The position numbers were made by a program, and so were the translations under genes. Below are positions 45,566 through 54,292 of a stretch of DNA of 58,242 nt, in pieces; position 1 is the first letter of the stretch; each line of letters opens with the position of its first letter. The stretch comes from an uncultured Gammaproteobacteria bacterium. GTDB taxonomy: Bacteria; Patescibacteriota; Microgenomatia; JAMCZE01. The stretch is from the NCBI GenBank assembly GCA_964431075.1, contig CAYSID010000002.1:1-58242 (forward strand), read 5' to 3'. Below the pieces are notes generated by a model, which saw only the letters and a list, made by a program, of their open reading frames with translations, had not been told where the DNA came from and searched no databases.

Positions 45566-46231
45566 ATGAATTATTGGCAAAGTTTACTCGATTTATCACA
45601 AGCAGTATTTTTCCCCCAGATATTGAACATTGTCAATGTTGTTTTGATATTGCTTACAGTCCTGGTGACTTATTTGTCATGGCATACTGCTAAAAGAGCG
45701 AACGAATTACAGTTACTTCCTCTTCTTGCTGTCTATTTTAGGGGTAAAGCCTTGAAAGATAGAACGATTAGGATACGAAATATTGGCAAGAGTCCAGCTT
45801 ACGATATAAAAATAGAGTCCTATCTGAACATTATTAAGGATATACAGCATGTGTGGCGATTAGATTTGTCTTTGAGTGGTACAAACGTCTTGGTGCCCGA
45901 CGAGGAGAAAGATTTAAAGATGAGGGCAACGGACAACGGGAAAGAAGCCGATATGTCAGAATTTATGGTTTTTCATCTTGACCCAGAAGAAGAACATAAG
46001 AGAGAAAGAGTTGGCCTATTGCTAACGTTTAGAAATGCGGAGGGAAATTATTACTATTCTGAGGTGGAAACTGGCGCAGGTGGTTTGTTCATAAAGCCTG
46101 CAAGAAAATATAACCTTTGGGGTAAGGCGTATGTAGGCTATAGACAATATTCGGAGAAAGTTTTATTGAAACTGTATGAATTTAAATGGAAATTTACTAA
46201 GCCTTATATTAAACAGCCAAAGAAGGCTTGA
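45566..46231 (+). CDS. unknown membrane-anchored protein X2
   Basis: 221 aa, starts 3 nt after the hsdS stop. N-terminal TM (ILNIVNVVLILLTVLVTYL), then RTIRIRNIGKSPAYDIKIES...VLVPDEEKDLKM...VGLLLTFRNAEGNYYYSEVE. The motif is shared with X3 and, more loosely, X1. Confidence 0.7.
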   Translation: MNYWQSLLDLSQAVFFPQILNIVNVVLILLTVLVTYLSWHTAKRANELQLLPLLAVYFRGKALKDRTIRIRNIGKSPAYDIKIESYLNIIKDIQHVWRLDLSLSGTNVLVPDEEKDLKMRATDNGKEADMSEFMVFHLDPEEEHKRERVGLLLTFRNAEGNYYYSEVETGAGGLFIKPARKYNLWGKAYVGYRQYSEKVLLKLYEFKWKFTKPYIKQPKKA

Positions 46232-46243
46232 TAAAAAATAATT

Positions 46244-47548
46244 ATGAAAGCACAGGATAAACCAAAATATGTTCAAGAGGCACGAGAGTTATATGGTTCA
46301 CTTGATGTAGATGCGTTGATTGATGACCCAAATAATTTAAAAACACTTGAGAAAATTAGTCGCCTGATAGCTATTTTTACTAATTTTTCCTATAACGACG
46401 GACAAGACTTGAAAGAATTACTATGTGAGTTCCAAAAATGGGCGAGGCGAAGTACGAGCATCGGTACTATAAGAAATAGGGCTACCGATATGCTCCAGTT
46501 TATTATTCAAAAAATAGAAGAAATGGATATTTATGTGATTGAAGAACCAATTAGGAAAAAACAAGAAAAAATTGTAAAAAGCTTGAAGGATGAAAACTTA
46601 TGGATGCAATCATCCCTAGAAGGTAAGGATTTACATATTTTGGTTGGAGAGAGAAATGCTAAAGCGGGTGAGCACGTCCATTTAATCAGCGATTCAGAAA
46701 CTGGCGAAATTAGAGTTGATGCTGACGATAAAACCCCCGATGAGCTTATAGAAAGAGTCGTTAGTATTACTACAAAACACGGCTCAACAATAGGGATTTC
46801 ACAATACGGAGTAAAAACAACAATGGAGTTTATCAATAAAGATACAACAGAAGACAAAGACCCTCCGATTTTATATGCCACTGGAATAAGACGAAGTGGC
46901 GGACCTCAAGGCCATTTTGATTACATAACGATTAAAAATGTTGGGAAAAATATCGCATTAGATATTCATTGGGGTATAAGGGCATTTGCCTATGAATGGC
47001 GACCATCAGAAGAGCCTTTTGAATTAGAACCAAATAAGGAAAAAGAAGTTGTTTTTCCCACTTCTTCCGAAAGAGTATTTAAAGAAATTATTCCAGAACT
47101 AAATGTAATAATGGAATATAAGGATGTAAATAACAAATCTTACTTTACCAGAAGGGAATTAAATCAACTAAAAGTTCCTTCGGGGGCATTTTATGAATTG
47201 AAAGCCGACACTTTCCACCCTCCTTCTATACTAATTGATGATGGATTACGATTGATTTCTGAACCTGTTCGCAATGGCGATAGAACTGAGGCAACTTTTA
47301 AGATTAATACCGAAGAAGGGGGTAAAGAAGTAAAGATCGGCTTAAGTGGCAGTCTTATCGCTGTTTTTGGTTTTGAGAATGACGGGTTAGTCAAACAAGC
47401 AATATTAGAATTAGCTCATAGATTGATTAGAAAAATGGTTAAATCGAAGACCCTATCTGACTATTGCTTTACTACTCACGATTTACCCGAACACCATATA
47501 AGTGGATTTGAAGCCTATGTACAATTAAGGAATAACATTACTTATTAA
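46244..47548 (+). CDS. unknown 434-aa protein X3
   Basis: Helical N-terminus. The central block FDYITIKNVGKNIALDIHWGI...ELEPNKEKEVVF...LNVIMEYKDVNNKSYFTRRE parallels X2. No catalytic motif recognised. Confidence 0.7.
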   Translation: MKAQDKPKYVQEARELYGSLDVDALIDDPNNLKTLEKISRLIAIFTNFSYNDGQDLKELLCEFQKWARRSTSIGTIRNRATDMLQFIIQKIEEMDIYVIEEPIRKKQEKIVKSLKDENLWMQSSLEGKDLHILVGERNAKAGEHVHLISDSETGEIRVDADDKTPDELIERVVSITTKHGSTIGISQYGVKTTMEFINKDTTEDKDPPILYATGIRRSGGPQGHFDYITIKNVGKNIALDIHWGIRAFAYEWRPSEEPFELEPNKEKEVVFPTSSERVFKEIIPELNVIMEYKDVNNKSYFTRRELNQLKVPSGAFYELKADTFHPPSILIDDGLRLISEPVRNGDRTEATFKINTEEGGKEVKIGLSGSLIAVFGFENDGLVKQAILELAHRLIRKMVKSKTLSDYCFTTHDLPEHHISGFEAYVQLRNNITY

Positions 47549-47549
47549 A

Positions 47550-48236
47550 ATGAATATGACTGATAACATTATTAAACTTTCGCCATCAACAATCAGTCTA
47601 TTTATGGAATGCCCGAGGTGTTTTTGGTTGCAGTTTAACAAAAATATCCATCGGCCAAGAGGGATATTTCCCTCACTTCCTGGAGGAATGGATGGAGTGA
47701 TTAAAAAATACTACGACACATATCGAAGACAAGGCAAACTACCACCAGAAGTTGATGGAAAATTAACTGGCAAACTTTTTGCAGATGAGAAATTATTAAA
47801 ATCGTGGCAAAGCAACTGGGAGGGGATTAAATATTTTGACAAAGAATTAAACGCTCTAATGAAAGGTGTCTTAGATGATTGTTTGGTTGATGGTGATACA
47901 TATATTCCCCTTGATTACAAAACGAGGGGTTATGATTTAAAAGAAGATTCTACTTCCTATTATCAGCACCAGCTTGATATTTACTGTTACCTGCTTGTAA
48001 AAAACGGTTATAAAGTTGCCAATTACGCCTATTTGGTTTATTACTTCCCTAAATTAGTAAAAGATAACGGGCAGGTCGAGTTTAATGTTGAACCCAAAAA
48101 AGTAGACACTGATATTAAACATGCCGAGCAATTATTTAAAGATGCTGTTACCTGTTTAAGAGGTCCAGAACCCAAAAGGCACAGCGACTCCTCGTGTGAG
48201 TTCTGTAATTGGGGTTTTGAAGCCTTTGGAGAATAA
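47550..48236 (+). CDS. Cas4-like PD-(D/E)XK nuclease with Cys cluster
   Basis: 228 aa. LSPSTISLFMECPRCFWL (N-terminal Cys), GVLDDCLV...YIPLDYKT (D...DxK), QHQLDIYCYLL (QxxxY), and C-terminal C-x16-CEFC (putative Fe-S ligands). Confidence 0.8.
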   Translation: MNMTDNIIKLSPSTISLFMECPRCFWLQFNKNIHRPRGIFPSLPGGMDGVIKKYYDTYRRQGKLPPEVDGKLTGKLFADEKLLKSWQSNWEGIKYFDKELNALMKGVLDDCLVDGDTYIPLDYKTRGYDLKEDSTSYYQHQLDIYCYLLVKNGYKVANYAYLVYYFPKLVKDNGQVEFNVEPKKVDTDIKHAEQLFKDAVTCLRGPEPKRHSDSSCEFCNWGFEAFGE

Positions 48237-48240
48237 AAAT

Positions 48241-50643
48241 ATGGATATACAGAAAATAAAAATTAAAGGTGATTATAAATTAGCAGATATTGTTCATGAT
48301 ATTGAAAAGGGAATCTTGCGGATTCCTCAATTTCAACGGGAATTTGTTTGGGATAAGCCCAGGGTAATAAAACTACTCGAAAGTATTTATCTTGAGTATC
48401 CGATAGGCTCTTTCTTCTTTTGAGATGCACCCAGAAAATACTATGATTTCTACCGGGATATTGCGGAGTTGGGACTGCCCAAACCGGACAAGTATGAGAA
48501 GATCGTTTTTATCCTTGATGGTCAGCAACGGCTTACTTCTCTTTATGTTACTGTTAAAGGTTTAACTTTATATGGCCGGGATTATAAAAAAATTTGTTTT
48601 GATTTAGATGAAAAAGTCTTTGTTGATCGGGCTCCTGATAATCAACGATTTGTTTCTTTAAGTGACCTATTATCCAGTGAACGTTACAGCGAAGTTTATG
48701 AAGGCTTAACTCCCGCAAGACGCAAGGCTGTTTATGAATGTTTGCAGCGATTTAACAATTATCCCTTTTCTGCGATTGATGTTCGGGATAAAGAACTGGA
48801 TGAAGTCTGTGATATTTTTGAACGGATTAATCAGGGTGGACAAAGGTTAAACCTTTTTGATTTGATTTCTGCCAGCACCTGGACGCCTGATTTTGATTTG
48901 AGATTAGCGGTTAAAGGAGAAAACGAGAGATTAAAGACAAAAGGATTTGGGGAAATTGACAATGAAGTTTATCTTCAGGCACTTTCTCTTATTGCCAAAG
49001 GCTCTTGTACCAGGCCGGTCCAACTGCAGCTTCGAGCTGAGGATGTGACTAAGTTTTGGCAGGACACAATTGATTCAATCTCTTTGGCAATAGATTATCT
49101 TAAAAGCTATTTAGGTGTAGTTAACTCCGTTTTTATTCCTTACCGAAGCATGATTGCTCTAGTAGCCTATCTTTTTTATAAAGCCAAGGGCAGGAGTTTA
49201 GACCATGAACAATCAGAGCTTTTAGCCCAGTGGTTTTGGCAAACTACTTTTTCTGAGAGGTACAGCGCCTCAATTTTAACTTTGATGACTGAGGATAAGA
49301 AACTGATGGATAAGATAGCTTCGGGGACAAGCGTTGGTATTAAATACCTCTTTGAGCTGGATATTGATACCCTGATTCAAATCCGCATGTACCGAAAGTC
49401 AGCTATCAAAAATGGTGTACTTTGTTTACTGGTTAAAAGAGAGCCTAAACATTTTAAAAACAACATTACCTTACCGCTTAAAGATGGCTATTATTCAGAC
49501 TTTAATAGTTCTGAAAAGCATCATATTTTCCCTAAATCCATTATCCAAAAAAATTATCCGATGATCATGGTTCACTCGCTTCCCAACTTCTGCTTTATCC
49601 CGGCAGAATTAAACAAAGAAATTTCCAACAAAAAGCCCAGCAAATATTTTGAAGAATACCAAGAAAGCAATCCTGATTTTCTTGATGCTTTAAAAACTCA
49701 CCTAATCAAATATGACGAGTCAATAAAACAGGACGATTATATGTCTTTTTTGGCTTCAAGGGCTGCCTTGATACTGGAGGAAATAACCAGAGCCACAGGC
49801 TCTAAAATTGGCCGGGTAGTAGCTGATAATGTTAACAAAGCCATTGATGATATTGAAAAAAGATTACGAGATTTTATTGATAAAAAGATGTTGGTTAAAA
49901 ATCCTGACTATTGGAAAAAATCTATGCCAAGCGATATTGTTGGCGTGGTTCGTCAAAGAGTAAATGAGTATCTATCCAAAGACCCTTCCAAGACGATTAA
50001 TGACTTTGGTTCAAGAGAGCTTCTAGATTTTATGGACATTATGGATTATTCCAAAGTCGTTCTTTTCAACTGGGATGTCTTTGGCTCTATTTTTAGATCA
50101 AAAGCGGAGACCGAGAAACGATTTTTAAACCTTAAGGAGTTTAGAAATGCAGTTAAACACGGGAGGGATGAAATTGTGCCTTTCATTCAAAAAGAGGGAG
50201 AAGCGGCATTGGAGTGGCTTTCTATTATTTTAGAGGAAGCGGAGAAAAATCCAGTAAGGTCTGTTAAGCCTGCCGAAAGCGAAGAAGAAACCATTAGTCG
50301 GGTTAAGAATGACTTTGTACAGAAAGCCGTTAGGCTTATATCGGAATGGATTGAGAAAGAATATTCTGATGGCAAATTAACGATAAAAAGGGGCAATGCT
50401 GGTTCGCACCGAAGCATAATGCAAGGCAAAAAGCTTATTCTCTTCTACTACTTTGCTGGCAATTGGGTTTATGGAGAACTACAGGCGACCACTCCTGATG
50501 AGCTTAAAATATTACAGGACAAGCTGTCTAAACCCGAATCAGTACTTGATAGAAAAAGTAAATATGGGCAGGTAAGATTCCATATGATTAACGAAGACGA
50601 TTTAGAGTTAGTCAAGGATATTGTAAAAAATAGAGTTAAATAA
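48241..50643 (+). pseudogene. GmrSD-like DUF262 + DUF1524 + HEPN fusion gene interrupted by one in-frame TGA (48421-48423)
   Basis: Track ORFs 48196..48423 and 48469..50643 are in the same frame. The read-through sequence is ...IPQFQREFVWDKPRVIKLLESIYLEYPIGSFFF*DAPRKYY...ILDGQQRLTSLY (DUF262/ParB-like). SSEKHHIFPKS...NFCFIPAELN is DUF1524 His-Me-like. EFRNAVKHGR is HEPN Rx4H (50143-50160). The TGA sits where this family normally has Trp. Confidence 0.75.
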
Positions 50644-50752
50644 ATATGAACAAACCAAAATTAAACGCTAAATGGCATTTAACAAACAAGATTTTCTGTT
50701 ACTATTATCAATAGCTGAAATTATTTTTTCAGCATAGTGAGGAGGTGAAATA

Positions 50753-51232
50753 ATGAAAAAGAATCTTCTTATCCCTGTTGTTGCTGTTGTTGGGCTAGTC
50801 GTTGTGGTCGGGATTTATTTGGTTTCTCAAGGATCCAAACAAACACAACCGTCATCAGAAACTGTCACGCGGGAACAGACAACGAAAAAAGACACCATTA
50901 CGAATAAGGCCGGATGTACGGTTGGTACAACCAAAACGGTGGTCGGTCTAAAATATCAAGTTACCGGACAAGAAACATATACCATCCAAGGCAAATCCTA
51001 TGATCTGTGTTGCTGGGAGACCGGCGAAGGCACGAGGCAGAAAAAAATCTGCAGTGATATCGAATCCGGGCCGGTAGGCTACAATTACGGTGTTCTTTTT
51101 GAGAACAATAAGAATACCGGTAGCCTTTACAAGTCAATGGAAACATACCGGGACGGTAACAACGTTTGCCAGCAATTTTATGAGGCAGATGGATCTGCCG
51201 GTCCGTTAAATTGCAAAGAAAGGTTAAATTGA
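50753..51232 (+). CDS. secreted Cys-containing hypothetical protein
   Basis: 159 aa. Strong RBS GAGGAGGTGA, N-terminal signal/TM, six Cys in the mature part. Confidence 0.6.
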   Translation: MKKNLLIPVVAVVGLVVVVGIYLVSQGSKQTQPSSETVTREQTTKKDTITNKAGCTVGTTKTVVGLKYQVTGQETYTIQGKSYDLCCWETGEGTRQKKICSDIESGPVGYNYGVLFENNKNTGSLYKSMETYRDGNNVCQQFYEADGSAGPLNCKERLN

Positions 51233-51278
51233 CCCGCAGCAATTGTATTTGATTCAATTGGGGATTTATAACCCTATC

Positions 51279-51479
51279 TTAGGTCCGCCTTTTAAGCGTG
51301 TCTACCGCGTCTAGAATCGCGTTTACGCGCCTTGCTGACGGATTAGCCCTTTTGGTTTCAATCAAAGAAATATAAGTTTGGGAATAACCGGATGGCTCTG
51401 ATAGTCCTTTTTTTATGAAGTTCCCGTCCGTGACGAACCGGCCATCTTGAGATAATTTATTTTTTGGTCTATTATTGAA
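51279..51479 (-). pseudogene. remnant of an XRE-family HTH gene (no start codon, helix 2 truncated)
   Basis: My translation: FNNRPKNKLSQDGRFVTDGNFIKKGLSEPSGYSQTYISLIETKRANPSARRVNAILDAVDTLKRRT*. SQTYISLIE..RANPS...AILDAV matches the XRE helix-3 region. There is no ATG/GTG/TTG upstream in frame. Confidence 0.4.
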
Positions 51480-51481
51480 TT

Positions 51482-53197
51482 ATGAATCTGCCCGTGGCAA
51501 ATAATGACGAGGAAATCAGGGCTTTAATTAGTGAATCCAAACTTCTTAGTAAGGAAGAGCTTAAAGAGGTTGAAGAGGTTGTTTCCAAATACAGAGTTCC
51601 CCTCCATGACGCTTTGATTGAACGGGACCCAAGTTTTGATAAAAAAATCGGTCAGGAAATGGCAAAGAAATTTAATGTCCCGTTTATTTCCCTTATCGAC
51701 ACGTCAATTTCCGAAGAAACCTTTTTTACCATCCCGGAAAGTTTTGCCGCCAGAAGAAAAGTAATTGTTTTTGACCGAAAAAAGACGGAACTTTCTTTGG
51801 CCATGGCTGACCCCTTGGATAAAGAAACCGTGGAGAAGATTGCTTGGAAAACCGGACTTAAAGTTGACGTTTTTTACGCCACCCCGATTGATATTGAAAA
51901 TACTTTAAAAATCTATAAACAGGATTTGCAAAAAGTTGTTGACGCCCTTTTGCGGGAGGAATACCGTCCCGTCTCCGCCGTTTTGGAGGAAGCGGCCATG
52001 GATGCTCCGGTGGTTAAAATTGTGGATGCGGTTATTAATTCCGCGTACAAGGAAAAAGCCTCGGATATTCATATCGAGGTGGAAGAGAAAAGGTCATTGA
52101 TCAGATTCCGGATTGACGGCATCCTTCATGATATTTTGCACCTGCCAAAGGCGCTTCACGACCGGGTGATAACCAGAATAAAAGTTCTGTCCAATCTGCG
52201 CACTGATGAACATTTGGCGGCCCAGGACGGTAAAATGCGAATAGTTGTGGGTGAGGAAAACCTTGATATCCGTGTTTCCATTTTGCCGATAATTGAAGGA
52301 GAAAAAGCTGTCTTACGGCTACTTTCTTCCAAGAATAAGGATTTCTCCCTGACAGATTTGGGGATGACCCGAAAGGATTTGGAAAAAATAAACCTGGCTT
52401 TTTCCAAATCTTATGGCATGATCCTTTCAACCGGACCCACCGGATCAGGAAAAACTACCTCCATTTATTCAATACTGAAAATTTTAAATATCCGGGAACG
52501 AAACATTACCACTATTGAGGATCCGGTGGAATACCGGATTTTGGGAGCCAATCAAGTTCAAGTCAACACCAAGACTAACCTGACTTTTGCCAATGGACTG
52601 CGGTCAATTTTACGGCAGGACCCCAACATCATTTTTGTCGGGGAAATAAGAGACAATGAAACAGCCTCGATTGCCGTTAATGCCGCTTTAACCGGCCATC
52701 TGGTTTTTTCGACCCTGCACACCAACGACGCGGCCACGGCCATTCCCAGGCTTTCAGATATGAAGGTAGAGCCTTTCCTTGTCGCTTCGACGGTCAACGT
52801 GATTATTGCCCAGCGGCTAGTGCGGAAGGTTTGCCAGTTTTGTAAAAACCCCACTATTGTTTTACGGGACAGTTTGTTAACAAATATCAATGATCCAAAA
52901 CTGCTGGATAAATTTTTTCCTATCGATAAGGATGGACAGGCGACGGTCTACGAAGGCAAGGGTTGTAAGCAATGTCATTTCACCGGTTATTCCGGAAGGA
53001 TCGGGGTTTTTGAAGTTTTAGAGATGACAAAAAGAATTCGCGAGTTGGTGGTTAAAAAAGCCGATGCAGATGAAATTATGGCCGCCGCCGTGGAAGAAGG
53101 GATGACAACAATGCTTGTTGACGGCCTATTCAAAATCTCACAGGGTTTAACAACTTTAGAGGAAGTGCTTCGGGCGGTTAAAACGGAGTCAAACTGA
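51482..53197 (+). CDS. pilB: type IV pilus assembly / type II secretion ATPase (GspE/PilB family)
   Basis: N-terminal T2SSE_N domain, Walker A GPTGSGKTT, Asp box, Walker B IIFVGEIRD, His box TGHLVFSTLHTND, tetracysteine CQFC...CKQC. Confidence 0.93.
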   Translation: MNLPVANNDEEIRALISESKLLSKEELKEVEEVVSKYRVPLHDALIERDPSFDKKIGQEMAKKFNVPFISLIDTSISEETFFTIPESFAARRKVIVFDRKKTELSLAMADPLDKETVEKIAWKTGLKVDVFYATPIDIENTLKIYKQDLQKVVDALLREEYRPVSAVLEEAAMDAPVVKIVDAVINSAYKEKASDIHIEVEEKRSLIRFRIDGILHDILHLPKALHDRVITRIKVLSNLRTDEHLAAQDGKMRIVVGEENLDIRVSILPIIEGEKAVLRLLSSKNKDFSLTDLGMTRKDLEKINLAFSKSYGMILSTGPTGSGKTTSIYSILKILNIRERNITTIEDPVEYRILGANQVQVNTKTNLTFANGLRSILRQDPNIIFVGEIRDNETASIAVNAALTGHLVFSTLHTNDAATAIPRLSDMKVEPFLVASTVNVIIAQRLVRKVCQFCKNPTIVLRDSLLTNINDPKLLDKFFPIDKDGQATVYEGKGCKQCHFTGYSGRIGVFEVLEMTKRIRELVVKKADADEIMAAAVEEGMTTMLVDGLFKISQGLTTLEEVLRAVKTESN

Positions 53198-53198
53198 T

Positions 53199-54254
53199 AT
53201 GGCCAAGGGGTCAAAAATTACTCTTTCACCCAACGATAAAATCGGCCTGCTTAGCAACTTAGCGACGATGCTTGGAGCCGGAATTCCCATCATGGAGGCC
53301 GTCGAGTCGTTACTGGAAGACGCTAAGGGTAACGCCAGAAAAGTCTTGGAAAATTTACGCGACGATCTGGCCCAAGGGAAACGGATTTCCGCTTCTTTCG
53401 CCACGTTCCCCAACGTTTTTGATAAAGTAACAACCAACGTTATCAAAGCCTCAGAGGAAGCGGGAACCCTGGAAACCGCTTTGCGGGATATTAAAGACAA
53501 TATCCTAAAAGAGATGGAATTCGGGGATAAAATAAAATCAGCCATGGTTTATCCGGCCTTGATTTTGGTCGTCTTTCTTGGCGTCATGGGAGTAATGTTG
53601 ACAATTGTGGTCCCAAAAATCGCCGTGGTATTTACTAAACTCAAAGTCTCTTTACCCCTGCCCACTCAAATAATGATTTTTCTCTCTGATCTGATTATGA
53701 AGCAGACAGCGTATTTTGCCGGAGGATTAGTTTTGTTAATTATGCTGTTTATTGTTTTGTTTAAAACCCAAAAACCGGCGATGATGCGGATTATTTATTC
53801 TTTGCCCATTATTTCCCGGCTGGCAAGAGAAATTGATCTGGCAAGATTCTCCCGGACACTTTACCTTTTATTAAATGCCGGACTGACGATCACTTCGGCT
53901 TTAGAGTTGGCGCAGGAAGTGGTGATGCGTCAGAAAACCAGAGCCATAATCGCCCAGTCGCGGGAGATGGTTTTGTCCGGGAAGAAACTGGCTGAAGGTA
54001 TGAAGAAAAATAAAGGGGAAGTGCCGTCAATTATGGTCAAATTGATTGAAGTTGGGGAAAAATCCGGATCGCTGGATAAGGCCATGCTGGAGATTTCTGA
54101 ATATCTTGACTATCAAATTTCCGGGACGCTGAAAACCTTAACCGTTTTAATGGAGCCTTTGATGTTAATTCTTGTTGGTGTCTCCGTTGGTGGCATGATG
54201 TTGGCGATCATCGCCCCCATGTATGGATTAATCGGTCAAATCGGGAATAGATAA
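53199..54254 (+). CDS. pilC: type II secretion system F family platform protein (PilC-like)
   Basis: 351 aa. Two T2SSF repeats (LATMLGAGIPIMEAVE and LLLNAGLTITSALE), 3 TM segments. Confidence 0.9.
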   Translation: MAKGSKITLSPNDKIGLLSNLATMLGAGIPIMEAVESLLEDAKGNARKVLENLRDDLAQGKRISASFATFPNVFDKVTTNVIKASEEAGTLETALRDIKDNILKEMEFGDKIKSAMVYPALILVVFLGVMGVMLTIVVPKIAVVFTKLKVSLPLPTQIMIFLSDLIMKQTAYFAGGLVLLIMLFIVLFKTQKPAMMRIIYSLPIISRLAREIDLARFSRTLYLLLNAGLTITSALELAQEVVMRQKTRAIIAQSREMVLSGKKLAEGMKKNKGEVPSIMVKLIEVGEKSGSLDKAMLEISEYLDYQISGTLKTLTVLMEPLMLILVGVSVGGMMLAIIAPMYGLIGQIGNR

Positions 54255-54263
54255 CTATCTCCA

Positions 54264-54292
54264 GTAACATTGCGAGCGAAGCGAAGCAATCC
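54264..54292 (+). repeat. short repeat family, copy D
   Basis: GTAACATTGCGAGCGAAGCGAAGCAATCC, between the pilC stop and the stop of the convergent small ORF. Confidence 0.85.

Noticed and set aside
48421-48423. UGA reassignment (genetic code 4 or 25), as seen in some candidate phyla.
   Set aside because: TGA terminates many well-aligned genes in this window at their expected ends (lon, hsdR, hsdM, X1, cca, secD). The single in-frame TGA is therefore better explained as a mutation or error.
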